From NCBI GenBank assembly GCA_964016885.1, contig OZ024747.1, positions 82,026,001-82,090,000 on the forward strand: DNA of 64,000 bases, given 5' to 3'. The stretch comes from Eledone cirrhosa (lineage: Eukaryota). The notes below the pieces were generated by a model. The model saw nothing but the letters and a program-made list of their open reading frames with translations. It did no database searches and had not been told where the DNA came from. The translations under genes and the position numbers were made by a program. Of the stretch, positions 1-16,708 are shown piece by piece (positions within the stretch are counted from its first letter, which is position 1; each line of letters opens with the position of its first letter).

Positions 1-721
1 ACACACACAGTCGTGTATGTTTAGGGGTCAAAGTAAATAATGGCTTGTTTTTGAAACCCATGTATCCAGCAGTATCTAAGAATAAGTTATTCAACTACTA
101 AACTTCTACATATAGAACATAAGGTAATATATTGAGATCAAATGTTGAACTTAATAAAAAGATGAACTCATCAATGGAGCTACTTCTCAATGGCTGGTGG
201 TTAACTAAAAATAGACAATGCAAGAGAAAGATATGTAGACAAAAGCTATTATGTTACTAGTGCGTTTGATAGTCATAAAAGGAACTCAACTATCTTAACA
301 TGCAATGATGCTGACAGGAATTCTGAAATATGTCAACATATATATATACGTTAATTCAAATTTTTTTTCTTTCAAATGGATTAAGCAGTAACCTATGATG
401 TTGCATGTTACATACTCAATTCTTAGTTACTGCATATACTGGCACTTCACATCTACTAAGGATCACTGGTATCCTCAATGGATAACAGTATGAAATGAAG
501 GTAAAGATGTATAGATGGATGGTTGAATGAATGGGATGGAAAGAGAGAAAATAAGAGATAGCCTAAGTTATACCAAACAGATATATTAAATACATTCAAC
601 CATTAGAATATAAATAATGCGCAGTAGCATCTTATTTATTTGAACTGTGTTGAACACAAGCAGGGCCAAAAATGACATATATTCAAATATGTAAACCCTG
701 TTTGAATATGAGAACACTCTG

Positions 722-1514
<793 letters not shown>

Positions 1515-1719
1515 TTCGTTTCTGAATTTGTTTAGCAAGATTCTTTATCTGAAATCGTGTGTTGAAACCGATATTGTTATACTTTGGGAGGGTCATGTTG
1601 CCAATAAGAAACACACGCACCAGTTGCTTTCACTTCAATTTATTATAATAAATCTATAATAAATTTATAAATTTCTGGTTGGTTGGCTGGTTCCACAACC
1701 AGATAGTTGTTTATATATT

Positions 1720-1762
1720 GTCATAGTTCTTTCGTCACACACTCTGTGACCTCTTCAGTGAC
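1720..1762 (-). ncRNA. Minimal type-I hammerhead ribozyme (mirror copy)
   Basis: Reverse complement of 1936-1978. Confidence 0.7.
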
Positions 1763-1935
1763 TGGGATTCCTTTCTTTGTTTCTGTGCCTCTCCTTTGTT
1801 CTGTCCTACGCCATTTTGTTTCTGTGTGTGTGTTGTGTGCTCAGTCTGCGTATGCGCCACATCCGGGTGTCTGTGTGTGTTTATGGCGTAGGACAGAACA
1901 GAGGAGAGGCACAGAAACAAAGAAAGGAATCCCCA

Positions 1936-1978
1936 GTCACTGAAGAGGTCACAGAGTGTGTGACGAAAGAACTATGAC
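1936..1978 (+). ncRNA. Minimal type-I hammerhead ribozyme
   Basis: GTCA-CTGAAGA-G-GTCACA gagtg TGTGAC-GAAA-GAAC-TA-TGAC. Stem I gtca/tgac, conserved core, 6-bp stem II, predicted CUA cleavage after 1974. Confidence 0.7.
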
Positions 1979-2131
1979 AATATATAAACAACTATCTGGT
2001 TGTGGAACCAGCCAACCAACCAGAAATTTATAAATTTATAAATTTATTATAAATTTATTATAATAAATTGAAGTGAAAGCAACTGGTGCATGTGTTTCTT
2101 ATTGGCAACATGACCCTCCCAAAGTATAACA

Positions 2132-2162
<31 letters not shown>

Positions 2163-2202
2163 AATATATATATATGTATATATATATGTATATATATATA
2201 TG

Positions 2203-2250
<48 letters not shown>

Positions 2251-2384
2251 CATATATATATATATGTATATATATATATTTTTTTTTTTACGATCGACAT
2301 TCGTCAAATCGGACCGAGGAAACGATGTTTCCATTGGTCTTTCCAATTGCTAATACTATCTATCGGTCGCAACTCCCGGTAGAA

Positions 2385-2482
2385 GGAGCAACGTGAAATA
2401 AAGTGTCTTGTTCAAGGACATAACGCATCGCCCGGTTCGTGAATCGAACTCACAACCTCACGATTGCGAATCCAATTCTCTA
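2385..2482 (-). mobile_element. tRNA-derived SINE, 5' part
   Basis: Minus strand has A box TGGCTGAGTGG and B box GTTCGATTC, followed by tgtccttgaacaagacactt (CORE-like central domain). Same family as 31978. Confidence 0.8.
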
Positions 2483-2520
2483 ACCACTCAGCCACATGCC
2501 TTCACTGTTATATATATATG

Positions 2521-2553
<33 letters not shown>

Positions 2554-2555
<2 letters not shown>

Positions 2556-2660
2556 CATCATCATCATCATCATCGTTTAATGTCCATGTTCCATGCTTGC
2601 ATGGGTTTGGACGGGAGTTTTCCCACTTGAGGCAAGAGTGGTTGTCTTGCTCGCATAGGA

Positions 2661-2664
<4 letters not shown>
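2554..2664 (-). mobile_element. RTE LINE 3' end (~110 bp) in (TA)n
   Basis: Near-identical to the 3' ends at 4035 and 60812; (GAT)n tail. Confidence 0.9.
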
Positions 2665-2744
<80 letters not shown>

Positions 2745-2791
2745 TTATATATATATATATGTATATATATACATGTGTGTATATATATATA

Positions 2792-2826
<35 letters not shown>

Positions 2827-2827
<1 letters not shown>

Positions 2828-3525
2828 ACAGCGATGTTGCATGGTAGTGAGACCTGGGCGCTGAAGGTGGAAGACTTACGTAGATCAGAGAGAAACGAAG
2901 CCTGCATGCTCCGATGGATGTGTAACAGTAATATACGCGAACAACAAAGCATAAATGAATTGAGAGAGAGACTGAGTATAAGAGGAATCAAATGCTGTGT
3001 GCAGGAGAGGCGGTTGCGTTGTATGGACATGTGATGCGTATGAAGGATGACAGCTGCATAAAAAGGTGCAGAGCACTAGAAGTCGATGGAAGCCGCGGAG
3101 TGGGGAGACCCAAGATGACCTGGGATGAAGTGATAAAGGCCGACCTTACCCAATTACACCTCTCAAAGGTGATGACACACGACCGTGACCTCTGGCGTCA
3201 CGCAGTAATACAGAGTACCCGACCTCCCATGGGTACAAGCTGAAGCATATAGACAATATGCCCCCACACCCCCCGCTGCAAGGTGGTCGTGGAGGTGCCA
3301 CAGCAAAAAAGCACCCAGCCCACACTGTAAAGTGGACGTGTAGGCGCCATAAAAAAGCACCCAGCACTCACTGTAAATGAGGTTGGTGTTAGGAAGGGCA
3401 TCCAGCTGTAGAAATCAAGCCAAATCAGTTCCTGTATGAGCAAGGCATGGTCAGCCGACCAGACACTGCCCACAACAGGACAACCCGTCTAACCCATGCT
3501 AGCGTGGAAGAACGGACGTAAAACG

Positions 3526-3531
<6 letters not shown>
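2827..3531 (+). mobile_element. 5'-truncated RTE LINE (related subfamily)
   Basis: Encodes [10 protein letters not shown]...ERRLR/YGHVMR...GRPKMTW with a frameshift near 3021; 3' UTR and GAT tail; TA on both sides. Confidence 0.9.
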
Positions 3532-5786
<2,255 letters not shown>

Positions 5787-5841
5787 ATAAAATATTAAAC
5801 AAATAATGAATAAACAATTCCTTATATTAAACAAAAAAAGG

Positions 5842-5995
5842 TTCATTATTTAACGATCGTTTCTAGGATATATATGTGTTATAATTGGTATGCATATTCA
5901 ACAGATCTATGTACAAAATTATACAAAATTATACAAATTATCAAGATTAAATATACATACCAACACATATATACGCCGTCTTCAGAAATAATGAA
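5842..5995 (-). ncRNA. Type-I hammerhead with long stem II (mirror copy)
   Basis: Reverse complement of 11405-11558. Confidence 0.75.
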
Positions 5996-6343
5996 GTATA
6001 TTTATTGATAATAACAACAATTCAAAATTTCAGGTCCGTTTGGGAACAAAATTGACCAATGAAAACACAAAGGGTTAAATGCAGTTCGGTGTGTGTATAT
6101 ACATGTAAAACCCTTACACATATTTTACAAAAATGTATGTATAATTTGTATACGCATACTAAAAGGATGGATGCAAACACAAAATTTCAAGGTTAATGTC
6201 TCTGTAAGTTTATAATGCACCGATAAGATGCGTATTGACACAAGTATGAAAATAAGTATATAAATATATTTTTTCATACTCACACTTATCCGTACAATCA
6301 CACATACACGCGCGTATAACATAATATTACCAACAAACACCAA

Positions 6344-7315
6344 ATGAAAAGTACACACCTAAATGCCACCCACACTATACCCCAAAATACCAAATCTTCT
6401 AATATAAAGTATAGTAACTCTCAAAAAACTACTCATCATACAACTCTAATAAATATTAATAATAAAACTCCTAATAAAAAGGATAAAACACCTAAATCTA
6501 CAAATATAACTAAAAATAGTTGTGGTGAGATCATTAACATTAATCCTCCTAGTAAAAATCACGATACAACCTATAAAAATAATAAAAATAATAAACAACA
6601 TAGAAACCGTAATAGACGGGTTACTTGGTATAATGCTTCTTTTAATTTACAAGTTAAGGATAATATTGCTAAAAAATTTTTTTATATCCTCGAGAAAAAC
6701 TTCCCGCCAAACCACAAATACCATCAAATCTTAAATAGGTCTACAGTTAAATTCTCATACTCTACAACAAATAACATAAAACAAAATATAAGTGCCTATA
6801 ATGCATATAAATGTAAGAAAACCATAAGTATACCACCAGTACATCAAATTAACCATAATATCTCCTCAAATACAGAATTAACGAAAGGATGTAACTGTAG
6901 AAACAAAGCAAACTGCCCATTAAAAGGGAATTGTCTTGTTAACAACATAGTCTATAAATGTAATGTTAAAACTAAAGATTCTATTTGCTCATATATAGGA
7001 GCTACCTCTAACAATTTTAAGACAAGATTTAATACCCACAAGCATAGTTTTAAAAATGCCGCACTGGCTAATACAACATCTCTAGCAGAAAAAATCAATA
7101 GTTATAAAAATAAGAATATAGAATATGATTTGACCTGGAGTGTGCTCAAAAGAGCCACCCCTTATCAAAATAATAGAAATGAATGTAGATTATGTTCCCA
7201 AGAACTATTTGAAATAATGAAGTCTAAGGATATCTTATTAAATAAACGACAGGAATTAATTATATCGTGTAATCATAAACTAAAAAAAACATTTAAATAT
7301 TATAAACCTAATTAA
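6344..7315 (+). CDS. C-terminal part of PLE polyprotein: linker plus GIY-YIG endonuclease (RT lost by truncation)
   Basis: RxRxVTWYNxxF...FPPNHKYHQILNRSTVKFSYS, CNCR..CPLKGNCL, IVY...YIG...FKTRFNTH, CRLC..E, LNKRxE...CxH. This motif order is typical of Naiad-type PLEs. No internal stops. The ATG is probably not the true start. Confidence 0.9.
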   Translation: MKSTHLNATHTIPQNTKSSNIKYSNSQKTTHHTTLININNKTPNKKDKTPKSTNITKNSCGEIININPPSKNHDTTYKNNKNNKQHRNRNRRVTWYNASFNLQVKDNIAKKFFYILEKNFPPNHKYHQILNRSTVKFSYSTTNNIKQNISAYNAYKCKKTISIPPVHQINHNISSNTELTKGCNCRNKANCPLKGNCLVNNIVYKCNVKTKDSICSYIGATSNNFKTRFNTHKHSFKNAALANTTSLAEKINSYKNKNIEYDLTWSVLKRATPYQNNRNECRLCSQELFEIMKSKDILLNKRQELIISCNHKLKKTFKYYKPN

Positions 7316-8439
7316 TAACATTATTTTAGAAATTAATTTAATTTAAATGTTATTTAACCTATAAATTTAATTTAATTAAAATTTTATTACAGATGAGAAT
7401 ATAAAATATTATGTAATCATAAATTGTGAAAAACCTTTAAATATTACTAATATATACTTAGTAATTTAATTTATAGATTAATTTTAATTTATTTAAACCT
7501 TTTATTATAATTCTTTTACAGATAAAATATAACAAAATAATATCGTGTATCCAATGACAGAGAAATAATTTTTAGTATTATAGACCTAATTAATATACGT
7601 TTTAATTTTAATCAACCTAAAAATTTAATTTTAATTTGCTTAAAATTAGTATCCTTATACAGACGAATTGCAGAAAGTCATGTAATCATAGAATGGGATG
7701 TGTTTTGGATATATACCTAGTTAATATATTCTATGCAATTTTTTGAAAAAGATATGTATATGTATATGTGTATGTGTATGTGTGTGTGTATGTATATGTG
7801 TATATATGTATATATATATATATATGTGTATATATATGTATATATGTATGTGTATGTATATGTATATGTATATGTATTAATTTTGATGTCTATTTGCATA
7901 TAATTATATTATGCTATTGATAAAATACAATATCTGTTTTATGTATTATATACCTAATTAACATATACTATAGAAATAAATATATAATTTTTAATTTAGT
8001 TAACCTATAATTTATATTCTACTACCGATGTAATACTTTATTTTATTTGTTTTTTCCCTATTACTAACTTCATTTCCTAATATTGATACCATAACGTTAT
8101 TAACTTTAATTTAGTTATACTATAATTAATACTCTACTACTATTTAACTTCAAAATTCTGCTTCAAATATTATAAACCTAACTAATTTACACCTTAGAAA
8201 TCAATATGTTAACTATCTTTGGTTTAGTTAACATATAATTAATGGTATACTTGTTTATTTTGAGATGCATAGATTTTGCCTTAGTTCTTGTTTATTGTAT
8301 TTCCTAACACTGAAACTATGTAAAAACATACATTGGATCAAGATACGGAAAATATTCTGTGTTTCTTGAAACATATATTTACTATGATCCCCTTCTCCAA
8401 ACCCCCCCTTTCCCCCATACTATTATCATCTGTATTTGT

Positions 8440-8944
8440 AAGCGTGTATGTATGAATATATATGTAGGTAGGTGTCTATATAGGTTTGGGTATTTATATC
8501 TGAATATAAAAATACATATATGCGCATGCAAATATGAATGTAAGATTGTGTGTGTATATATGAGTGTGTGTATGTATGTATATATGTGTATATATGAATG
8601 TATATATGTATGTGTATGTGAATGTGTGTATGTATATGTGTATGTATATATATATATATGTATATATGTATATATATATGTATATATGTATATATAGAAA
8701 TATATATATGTATATATATATATGTATATGTATGTGTGTGTGTATGTATGTGTGTGTATGTGTGTTGTATATATATGTATGTCTCTCTATTTATATATCT
8801 ATCTTCGTATCTATGTGATATATGTGTGTGTGTGTGCATGTATGCACATATATGTGTTTATGTGTATATATGTGTATGTGTGTATATATATGTGTGTGCA
8901 CACACATATATATGTGAGTGTGTATATGTGTCTGTGTATATGTA

Positions 8945-8983
<39 letters not shown>

Positions 8984-9048
8984 GTGTCTATGTGTGATTA
9001 TATGTCTATATTCGTATGTGTGTATATATGTATGTATATGTCTATATG

Positions 9049-9079
<31 letters not shown>

Positions 9080-9357
9080 ATATATGTATATATATATATA
9101 TATATATATTATTTTTTTATTATTATAATATAACTTATATGTATGTGTGTATATGTGAGGTTGTGTATGTGTATATAATATGTGTATATATAAGTGTAAA
9201 AAAATATATATATATGTGCATGTCTGTTTTTTTTATGTGTGTGTATATATATATATATATATACGTGTGTATATATATGTATATGTGGGTGTTTGTATGT
9301 GTATTTATGGTGGTATGTGTGTGTGGGTATCTATATATATATATATATATGAATGTA

Positions 9358-9412
<55 letters not shown>

Positions 9413-9759
9413 ATATATGTCTCTATTAATGCGTGTATATATGTATATACATATGCCTTTTTATTTTTATTTGTATGTCTGAGTTAGGTGAGGTTGTAGT
9501 GGCGTTTTTATGTATATACGCATATATGGATGCGTATGTATTTGTATATATGAGTATAAGTAAGTGCATATGTATGTATGATTATATATCTAATTCTATG
9601 TATGAATATACATGTATATATATGTGTGTATGTAAGTTGTGTGTGTATGTATGTATATGTCTATGTGTGTATATATATATGTATGTATATCGATGTACGT
9701 GTATGTATGTACATGTATGTCTATGTATGTGTGTATGTATGTGTATGTATATGTATATG

Positions 9760-9820
<61 letters not shown>

Positions 9821-10452
9821 GTATATATCTTTATTATTTATTTTTTTTATATATATATGTGTATGTGTGTATGTGTTGTGTGTGTGTGTGTGTGTATATA
9901 TATCTTTATATATGTGTATGTGTATGTTCGTGTAGGTGTTTGTGTGTGTATGACTTTATATGTATGTGTGTATGTGTGTATGCGTATATATTTCTATGTG
10001 TGTGTACATGTATGTATGTGTGTGTATGTGTATGTGTGTGTATGTGTATATGTATGTGTATATATATATATATATATATGTTATATATATATATGTATAT
10101 ATATATCTGTGTGTATATGTATATATATATATATATCTATATGTTTTTCTATTTGTATATGTATGTGTGTATAGGTATATACCTTTCTCTTTGTATTTCT
10201 AAGTTGTGTGATAGTGTAGTGGTGTTTGTATGTATATACCGATATATAGATGCGTAAGTATTTGTCTGTATGTATATATGTAAGTCTGTATATATTTGTG
10301 TGTATATATAGCTATGTATGTGTATATCTGTATGTATATTAGTATGTAAGTGTTGTATATGTGCATGTATGTGTGTAGTTATATATATGTGTGTCTATAT
10401 AGTATGTGTGATTATATGTATATGTGTGTGTATATGTACGTGTATATGCATA

Positions 10453-10513
<61 letters not shown>

Positions 10514-10694
10514 ATTTGTATGTATATGTGTGTATGTATGTATGTGTGTATGTGTATATGTTTATATATGTGTGTGTATGTATGTTCTTAGTGTGGATGT
10601 GTGTATATGTATGTATGTGTTTGTATATGTGTGTATATTTATATATATGTGTGTGTGTGTGTCTATGTGTATATATATGTATATTGTATATATA

Positions 10695-10733
<39 letters not shown>

Positions 10734-10770
10734 ATATATATGTATATATATATATATATATATATTTTCT
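8440..10770. repeat. Compound (TG)/(TA)/(TATG) low-complexity tract inside the PLE
   Basis: G/T-skewed on the + strand; contains diverged longer repeats (9470 vs 10191). Confidence 0.9.
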
Positions 10771-11404
10771 TGATATATTTCTTTTTTCTTTTTTCTTTTT
10801 TCTTTTTTCTTTCTATTCTTTCCTCTTTAATGTTTATTTATTTTTTATTTTCTTAGTTTATAGATACATCTATATTAGGCAGTCTGCTCAGACCGTTGAA
10901 TACTGACCTCTCTCCCCCCCCCTCCCACCTAATTTCTGTATCTTGATCTAAAAATGTGTGTGCCAGTGTTTTATGGGAGTGAATTAATATCCATGTGCTT
11001 ATGATTTTATATCCACATATATAAATGTGAGTGGGGGTGTGTGTGTGTTTGTATGTTCGTGGTTATGTGTATATTTATGCATATACGCGCGTGTATGTGT
11101 GATTGTACGGATAAGTGTGAGTATGAAAAAATATATTTATATACTTATTTTCATACTTGTGTCAATACGCATCTTATCGGTGCATTATAAACTTACAGAG
11201 ACATTAACCTTGAAATTTTGTGTTTGCATCCATCCTTTTAGTATGCGTATACAAATTATACATACATTTTTGTAAAATATGTGTAAGGGTTTTACATGTA
11301 TATACACACACCGAACTGCATTTAACCCTTTGTGTTTTCATTGGTCAATTTTGTTCCCAAACGGACCTGAAATTTTGAATTGTTGTTATTATCAATAAAT
11401 ATAC

Positions 11405-11558
11405 TTCATTATTTCTGAAGACGGCGTATATATGTGTTGGTATGTATATTTAATCTTGATAATTTGTATAATTTTGTATAATTTTGTACATAGATCTGTT
11501 GAATATGCATACCAATTATAACACATATATATCCTAGAAACGATCGTTAAATAATGAA
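11405..11558 (+). ncRNA. Type-I hammerhead ribozyme with ~115-nt stem II
   Basis: TTCATTATTT-CTGAAGA-[long hairpin]-GAAA-CGATCG-TT-AAATAATGAA. Perfect 10-bp stem I, palindromic stem III AACGATCGTT, predicted GUU cleavage after 11548. Confidence 0.78.
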
Positions 11559-11745
11559 CCTTTTTTTGTTTAATATAAGGAATTGTTTATTCATTATTTG
11601 TTTAATATTTTATCTTGACTCTGTATACCGTTTATCTTTCACCGAAAGTGATTTTTCATTACATCTCTTCTTTCCATGATATCCGGAATACATTGAGTTC
11701 TTCATACGGATTGGACACTACCGTAAACTCTTGGTAGATTTATCT

Positions 11746-12374
<629 letters not shown>

Positions 12375-12376
<2 letters not shown>

Positions 12377-13655
12377 GAGAAGAAATTCCAAACATGGAAG
12401 CACGGCCTAGAGTCAAAAGGACTTAAAATTAACCTGGCTAAGACCAAAGTTCTAGTTTGTAGGAAAGAAAACAAGGCGGCGGTCCCTTCTGGGAAATGGT
12501 CGTGCTCGGTATGTAGGAAAGGCGTAGGTAGAAACTCCATCTTATGTCCTAAATGCAAAGTATGGGTGCATAAAAGATGTAGTGGGATCACAGGTAAGCT
12601 AACTAAGAACATAGACTTTACATGTGGCCGGTGTTCTGGTGCAATAAGTAGCAGCAAGTGCCCACAAAATACTAGCTCTTTCAATTGCGCAGAGGGTTCT
12701 ATAGAAATAGTGGACAGCTTCCGTTACCTGGGCGATAAAATCAGCAGTGGGGGAGGGTGCTCTGAAAGTACTGTAGCTAGAGTCAGAACTGGTTGGAAAA
12801 AGTTCAGAGAGCTTATACCACTATTAGCTGCTAAAGGGTTCTCCCTAAAAATGAAAGGCAGGTTGTACGATGCCTGCATACGAACAGCAATGTTACATGG
12901 TAGTGAGACCTGGGCATTGTGTGCAGAGGATATACGCAGACTAGAGAGGAACGAAGCTTGCATGCTCCGCTGGATGTGTAACAGTAATATACGTGAACGG
13001 CAAAGCATAAACGAACTAAGGAAAAAATTAGAGATAAGAGGGATCAGATGTTGTTTACTCGAGAGAAGGCTGCGTTGGTATGGACACGTGATGCGCATGA
13101 AAGTCGATAGCTGTATTACAAAGTGCAGGGCAATAAAGATAGACGGTAGCCACGGAATAGGCAGACCTAGAAAAACATGGGATGAGCTGATAAACTCCGA
13201 CCTCACACACTTACACCTCTCCAAGACAATGTCACTGGACCGTGACCTTTGGCGGTACTCAGTAACAGAGAAGACCCGCCTTGCCAGTAGGCATCTCTAA
13301 CAAAATACACCCCTCCCGCCGCCACCCCCACCCCATCCACACCACCCCGTTCTATGTAAAGTTATGTTGGTGCCGCGCCATCCAGGCCGAAACAAATGAG
13401 ATTGTGTAGGTGTCACGACAAAAAAACACACAGTCCACGCTGTAATGTGGCCGTGTAGGCAACACGGTAAAAACCTCCCAGACCCACACTGTAAATGTGG
13501 TTGGTGTTAGGAAGGGCATCCAACTGTAGAAAACCTGCCAGACAGTCCTATGCGAGCAAGACAATCACTCTTGCCTCAAGTGGGACTACCCCCGTCCAAA
13601 CCCATGCAAGCGTGGAACACGGACGTTAAACGTTGATGATGATGATGATGATGAT
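12375..13655 (+). mobile_element. 5'-truncated RTE LINE with PHD-like finger
   Basis: Open frame EKKFQTWK...KTK...C4HC3...FRYLGD...HGSETW...RLRWYGHV...GRPRKTW; 3' UTR, (GAT)n tail, TA flanks. Confidence 0.95.
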
Positions 13656-13676
13656 ATATATATATATATGTGTATA

Positions 13677-13806
<130 letters not shown>

Positions 13807-14059
13807 TGTATATATATATATATATATGTCACCTCCAGAGGGCGTTAGTCCCCCGGTGTTTGCATCGCTATGGCTTCCTAAAACCGTATTTCTTTAGAAA
13901 CACAAAATTTCTATACATATTGTATAAAGCTATGCTTGAAGCGAAATCTTATTTCTTTTCTATTATAAGTTGAGCCAACTTATGCAGCTTCATATGCAAA
14001 TGAGATTAATCACCTCATTTACAAAGGCGAGAAAATTATATATTCTCAACTGTTTTCAA

Positions 14060-14151
14060 GTCCAGCAGTAGCAAGCGGTGGGAGGGACCATCCTGATGAA
14101 AGCCAGTCAAGCCTGAAATGCATAGACAGTTTCCCCCTTGCTTCTGCTGGA
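14060..14151 (+). ncRNA. Decayed type-I hammerhead with extended stem I
   Basis: ACCATC-CTGATGA-AAGC cagtcaa GCCT-GAAA-TGCA-TA-GACAGT (14087-14130), enclosed by gtccagcagtagcaag / cttgcttctgctggac. Confidence 0.6.
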
Positions 14152-16630
14152 CACCACCAGGGTGAATAATAGAGTCATGCAAAGACACACTAAACACAAC
14201 TTTGCACATACACATAACCAACTTGTAAATATCATTCAAACAAAAAGTATATAAACTATATAGTTCTACATAGAAGTAGACATCTCACCACACATTTAAA
14301 TATATATTGACATCAAAATAGTTGTATATTCCAATAGACCATTATAGTCACGTATTCCAATGGACCAGCAGATGCATAGAGAAATTTATATTTTTTTACA
14401 TCACATTCTCAAAGATACAGTCACACACTTGCATACAAAGATACAAAAACACAAGAACCAAAAACATAAGAATGAGATTAAAAAGGCAGACTAAAACACG
14501 TGGTTTCTAATTTGAATTGAACCACAACTGAAAGGTCATGTAGAAAGACAGTTGTTCAACCATTAATTTATAATGGCTGGCCAATTTAACTTGAGGAAAA
14601 ATAGAGCATATTTTTGAAAAGTACATAGTTAAGATTAGTCCAGTGATCGATCGACGAACAGAATCTGTCTATTGATCATTTGTCTGATCGATTAATTGAT
14701 TGATTGATCAGTTAGAATGATGAAGATAATCATTCAGGAAAAATTTAAACATATGGATTTCTAGAGAGATGGGTGAGAAGGGAGAAGTAGCAGAGTAGAG
14801 AGGACAAGTGCATGTATGTGTACTAGTAGAATTGATTTCTCAGAGTACTATGAAATTACATAATTAATTTGACAGCAAATATTAACTGACTTGTTCCACT
14901 ATTATTTGGCTGCAATTTTAACCTGGTAACAAGCTTCCTCATACCCACTTTTATTCCTGTTCCTTTCACCATTTCTCAATAATTTAGAAACTTTTTTTTT
15001 TTATTTATTTTTAAATATGTTTGAAATATATAGTATTATTGTTAACTTAAAATCTAATTTCAAATGTTCTTATTGTTTGGATGAGTCTATTATACAAAGT
15101 AGCTCAATCCTGTGTCATCACATTTCCTCTAAGGTCTGCACTATTATGTCCCAGTATTCTCTCTCCTCTATCTTCATATTGAAATATTTCTTCAGATGAC
15201 AAGATATTTCCTGACTATTTCACAAAGATATTACCCACCTTCCCCTATCTCAGTTGTTCAACTTACTTTCTCACTTTCTTATTTCATTCTACCTATATAT
15301 AAATATATTCCTAATATATGCATATATATGTATACATACATACACATACATATATATATATGTATACATACATACACATCTAAATATAGATATACAAGTA
15401 TATACCCAAGTATGTACATAAACACACACATTCATAAACAAATATACATACATATATTATTGGTCAACCTGATCCTAAGGTGTGATATAGTTGGATTGAA
15501 CTCAGAACCACTTAGTTCATGCAATTAAAACTTATAACCATGCAACCACATATTCTTTACATTGTAATTATGTAAACCTTTTTCTCAAACTTTGCATTTC
15601 TGATTTCCACTTCAAGAATCCCTTCTCAAACTATGCTTCATTTCTTATATAGGTATCAAATATAGTTGTCAACCTACAGCAAGCTCTGAATTTATCATCA
15701 ATAGCAACGAGTCTACTAATCATCTACTAACTCCATCTCACCAGCGTTAGAGAGACTGCTGATTCCACCAAACTATTAAATATATATATCTATTTTAAAG
15801 GGAGGGCATATGAATGATCCTTAATATAAAAATGTGTTGTGAATATCACTTTCCCTTTCCTGTTTAACATTAAAAATGGGCATAACAACATAGAATCGCT
15901 ATTAATAAACTTGTTGAAGACCAGAAAACCATAACAACACAATTTGAAGTTACTTTCCAAATGTGTTTATCTATTTAAATCATGTTCAAATCTCAGCATG
16001 CTCAACTTTGCCTTTCATCTTCTTGGGGTCAATAAAGTACCAATCACGTGTGGTGGAATTGTTAAAGATGTAAGAAATGTTTTGCAGTACTGATTCAGTT
16101 CTATGTGATCTGGAGTTCTGATCCTGGAACTGTTAGATACTATCAGAAATGGAGCGACCACAGCAAACACTGTTTCAGCCATCCAATCTAATAATCAACT
16201 CCTAGGTAGAGGGCAGATGAAAACGTTTTAACATTAAATATTGAACAGTTCCGTGTTTGTAATAAAATACCAAACAGTGATGGGAGATAATGGAAAAGAG
16301 ATATTGATAACAGATGGCAAATTGTATGTTAGAGGAATATATTGTATATGAAGGAATGTATGAGAGACTGTATGAATTAAAATATGTTAGTGTGTCTATT
16401 TGAATATAAAGGTATTTATCAATTAAACAATAGTATAGGCATAGAAGTGCTATTAATTAACCTCAATGCAGCTTTTAATTGTAGAAATTACAGGAATGAA
16501 ATTTAGTGACAGAGATAGTATTAAAGACTGTTAATGGTACTGATATCTGTGTCACTTGGTATTAGTGGTGATGATATGATCATCATCACCAAGACATGGT
16601 GATGTAGGTGAAAGGTGAGTATTTTTGAGA

Positions 16631-16632
<2 letters not shown>

Positions 16633-16671
<39 letters not shown>

Positions 16672-16677
16672 TACAAT

Positions 16678-16708
<31 letters not shown>

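Larger units (their letters stand above)
1515..2135 (-). mobile_element. Non-coding fold-back Penelope-like remnant (inverted pLTR pair) in (TA)n
   Basis: Arms 1571-1814 and 1883-2135 are near-perfect reverse complements around a 68-nt spacer. An unpaired tail lies at 1515-1570. Each arm has an HHR motif. TA on both flanks. PLE assignment is inferred from this architecture. Confidence 0.8.
5787..11745 (+). mobile_element. Penelope-like element, probably Naiad clade, 5'-truncated with inverted pLTR
   Basis: 532-bp arms 5787-6318 and 11082-11613 are reverse complements. They enclose a GIY-YIG ORF and a long low-complexity 3' region. ~130-nt tail after the right arm, HHR in each arm, TA flanks. 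Confidence 0.88.

Noticed and set aside
6125-6358. Duplicated hydrophobic ORFs (6125/11027; 57128/59496; 57276/59378)
   Set aside because: By-products of the inverted arms; no protein motif.
6344-8300. Selenocysteine recoding, as reported for some Naiads
   Set aside because: No in-frame TGA in the retained ORF and no SECIS recognisable by eye.
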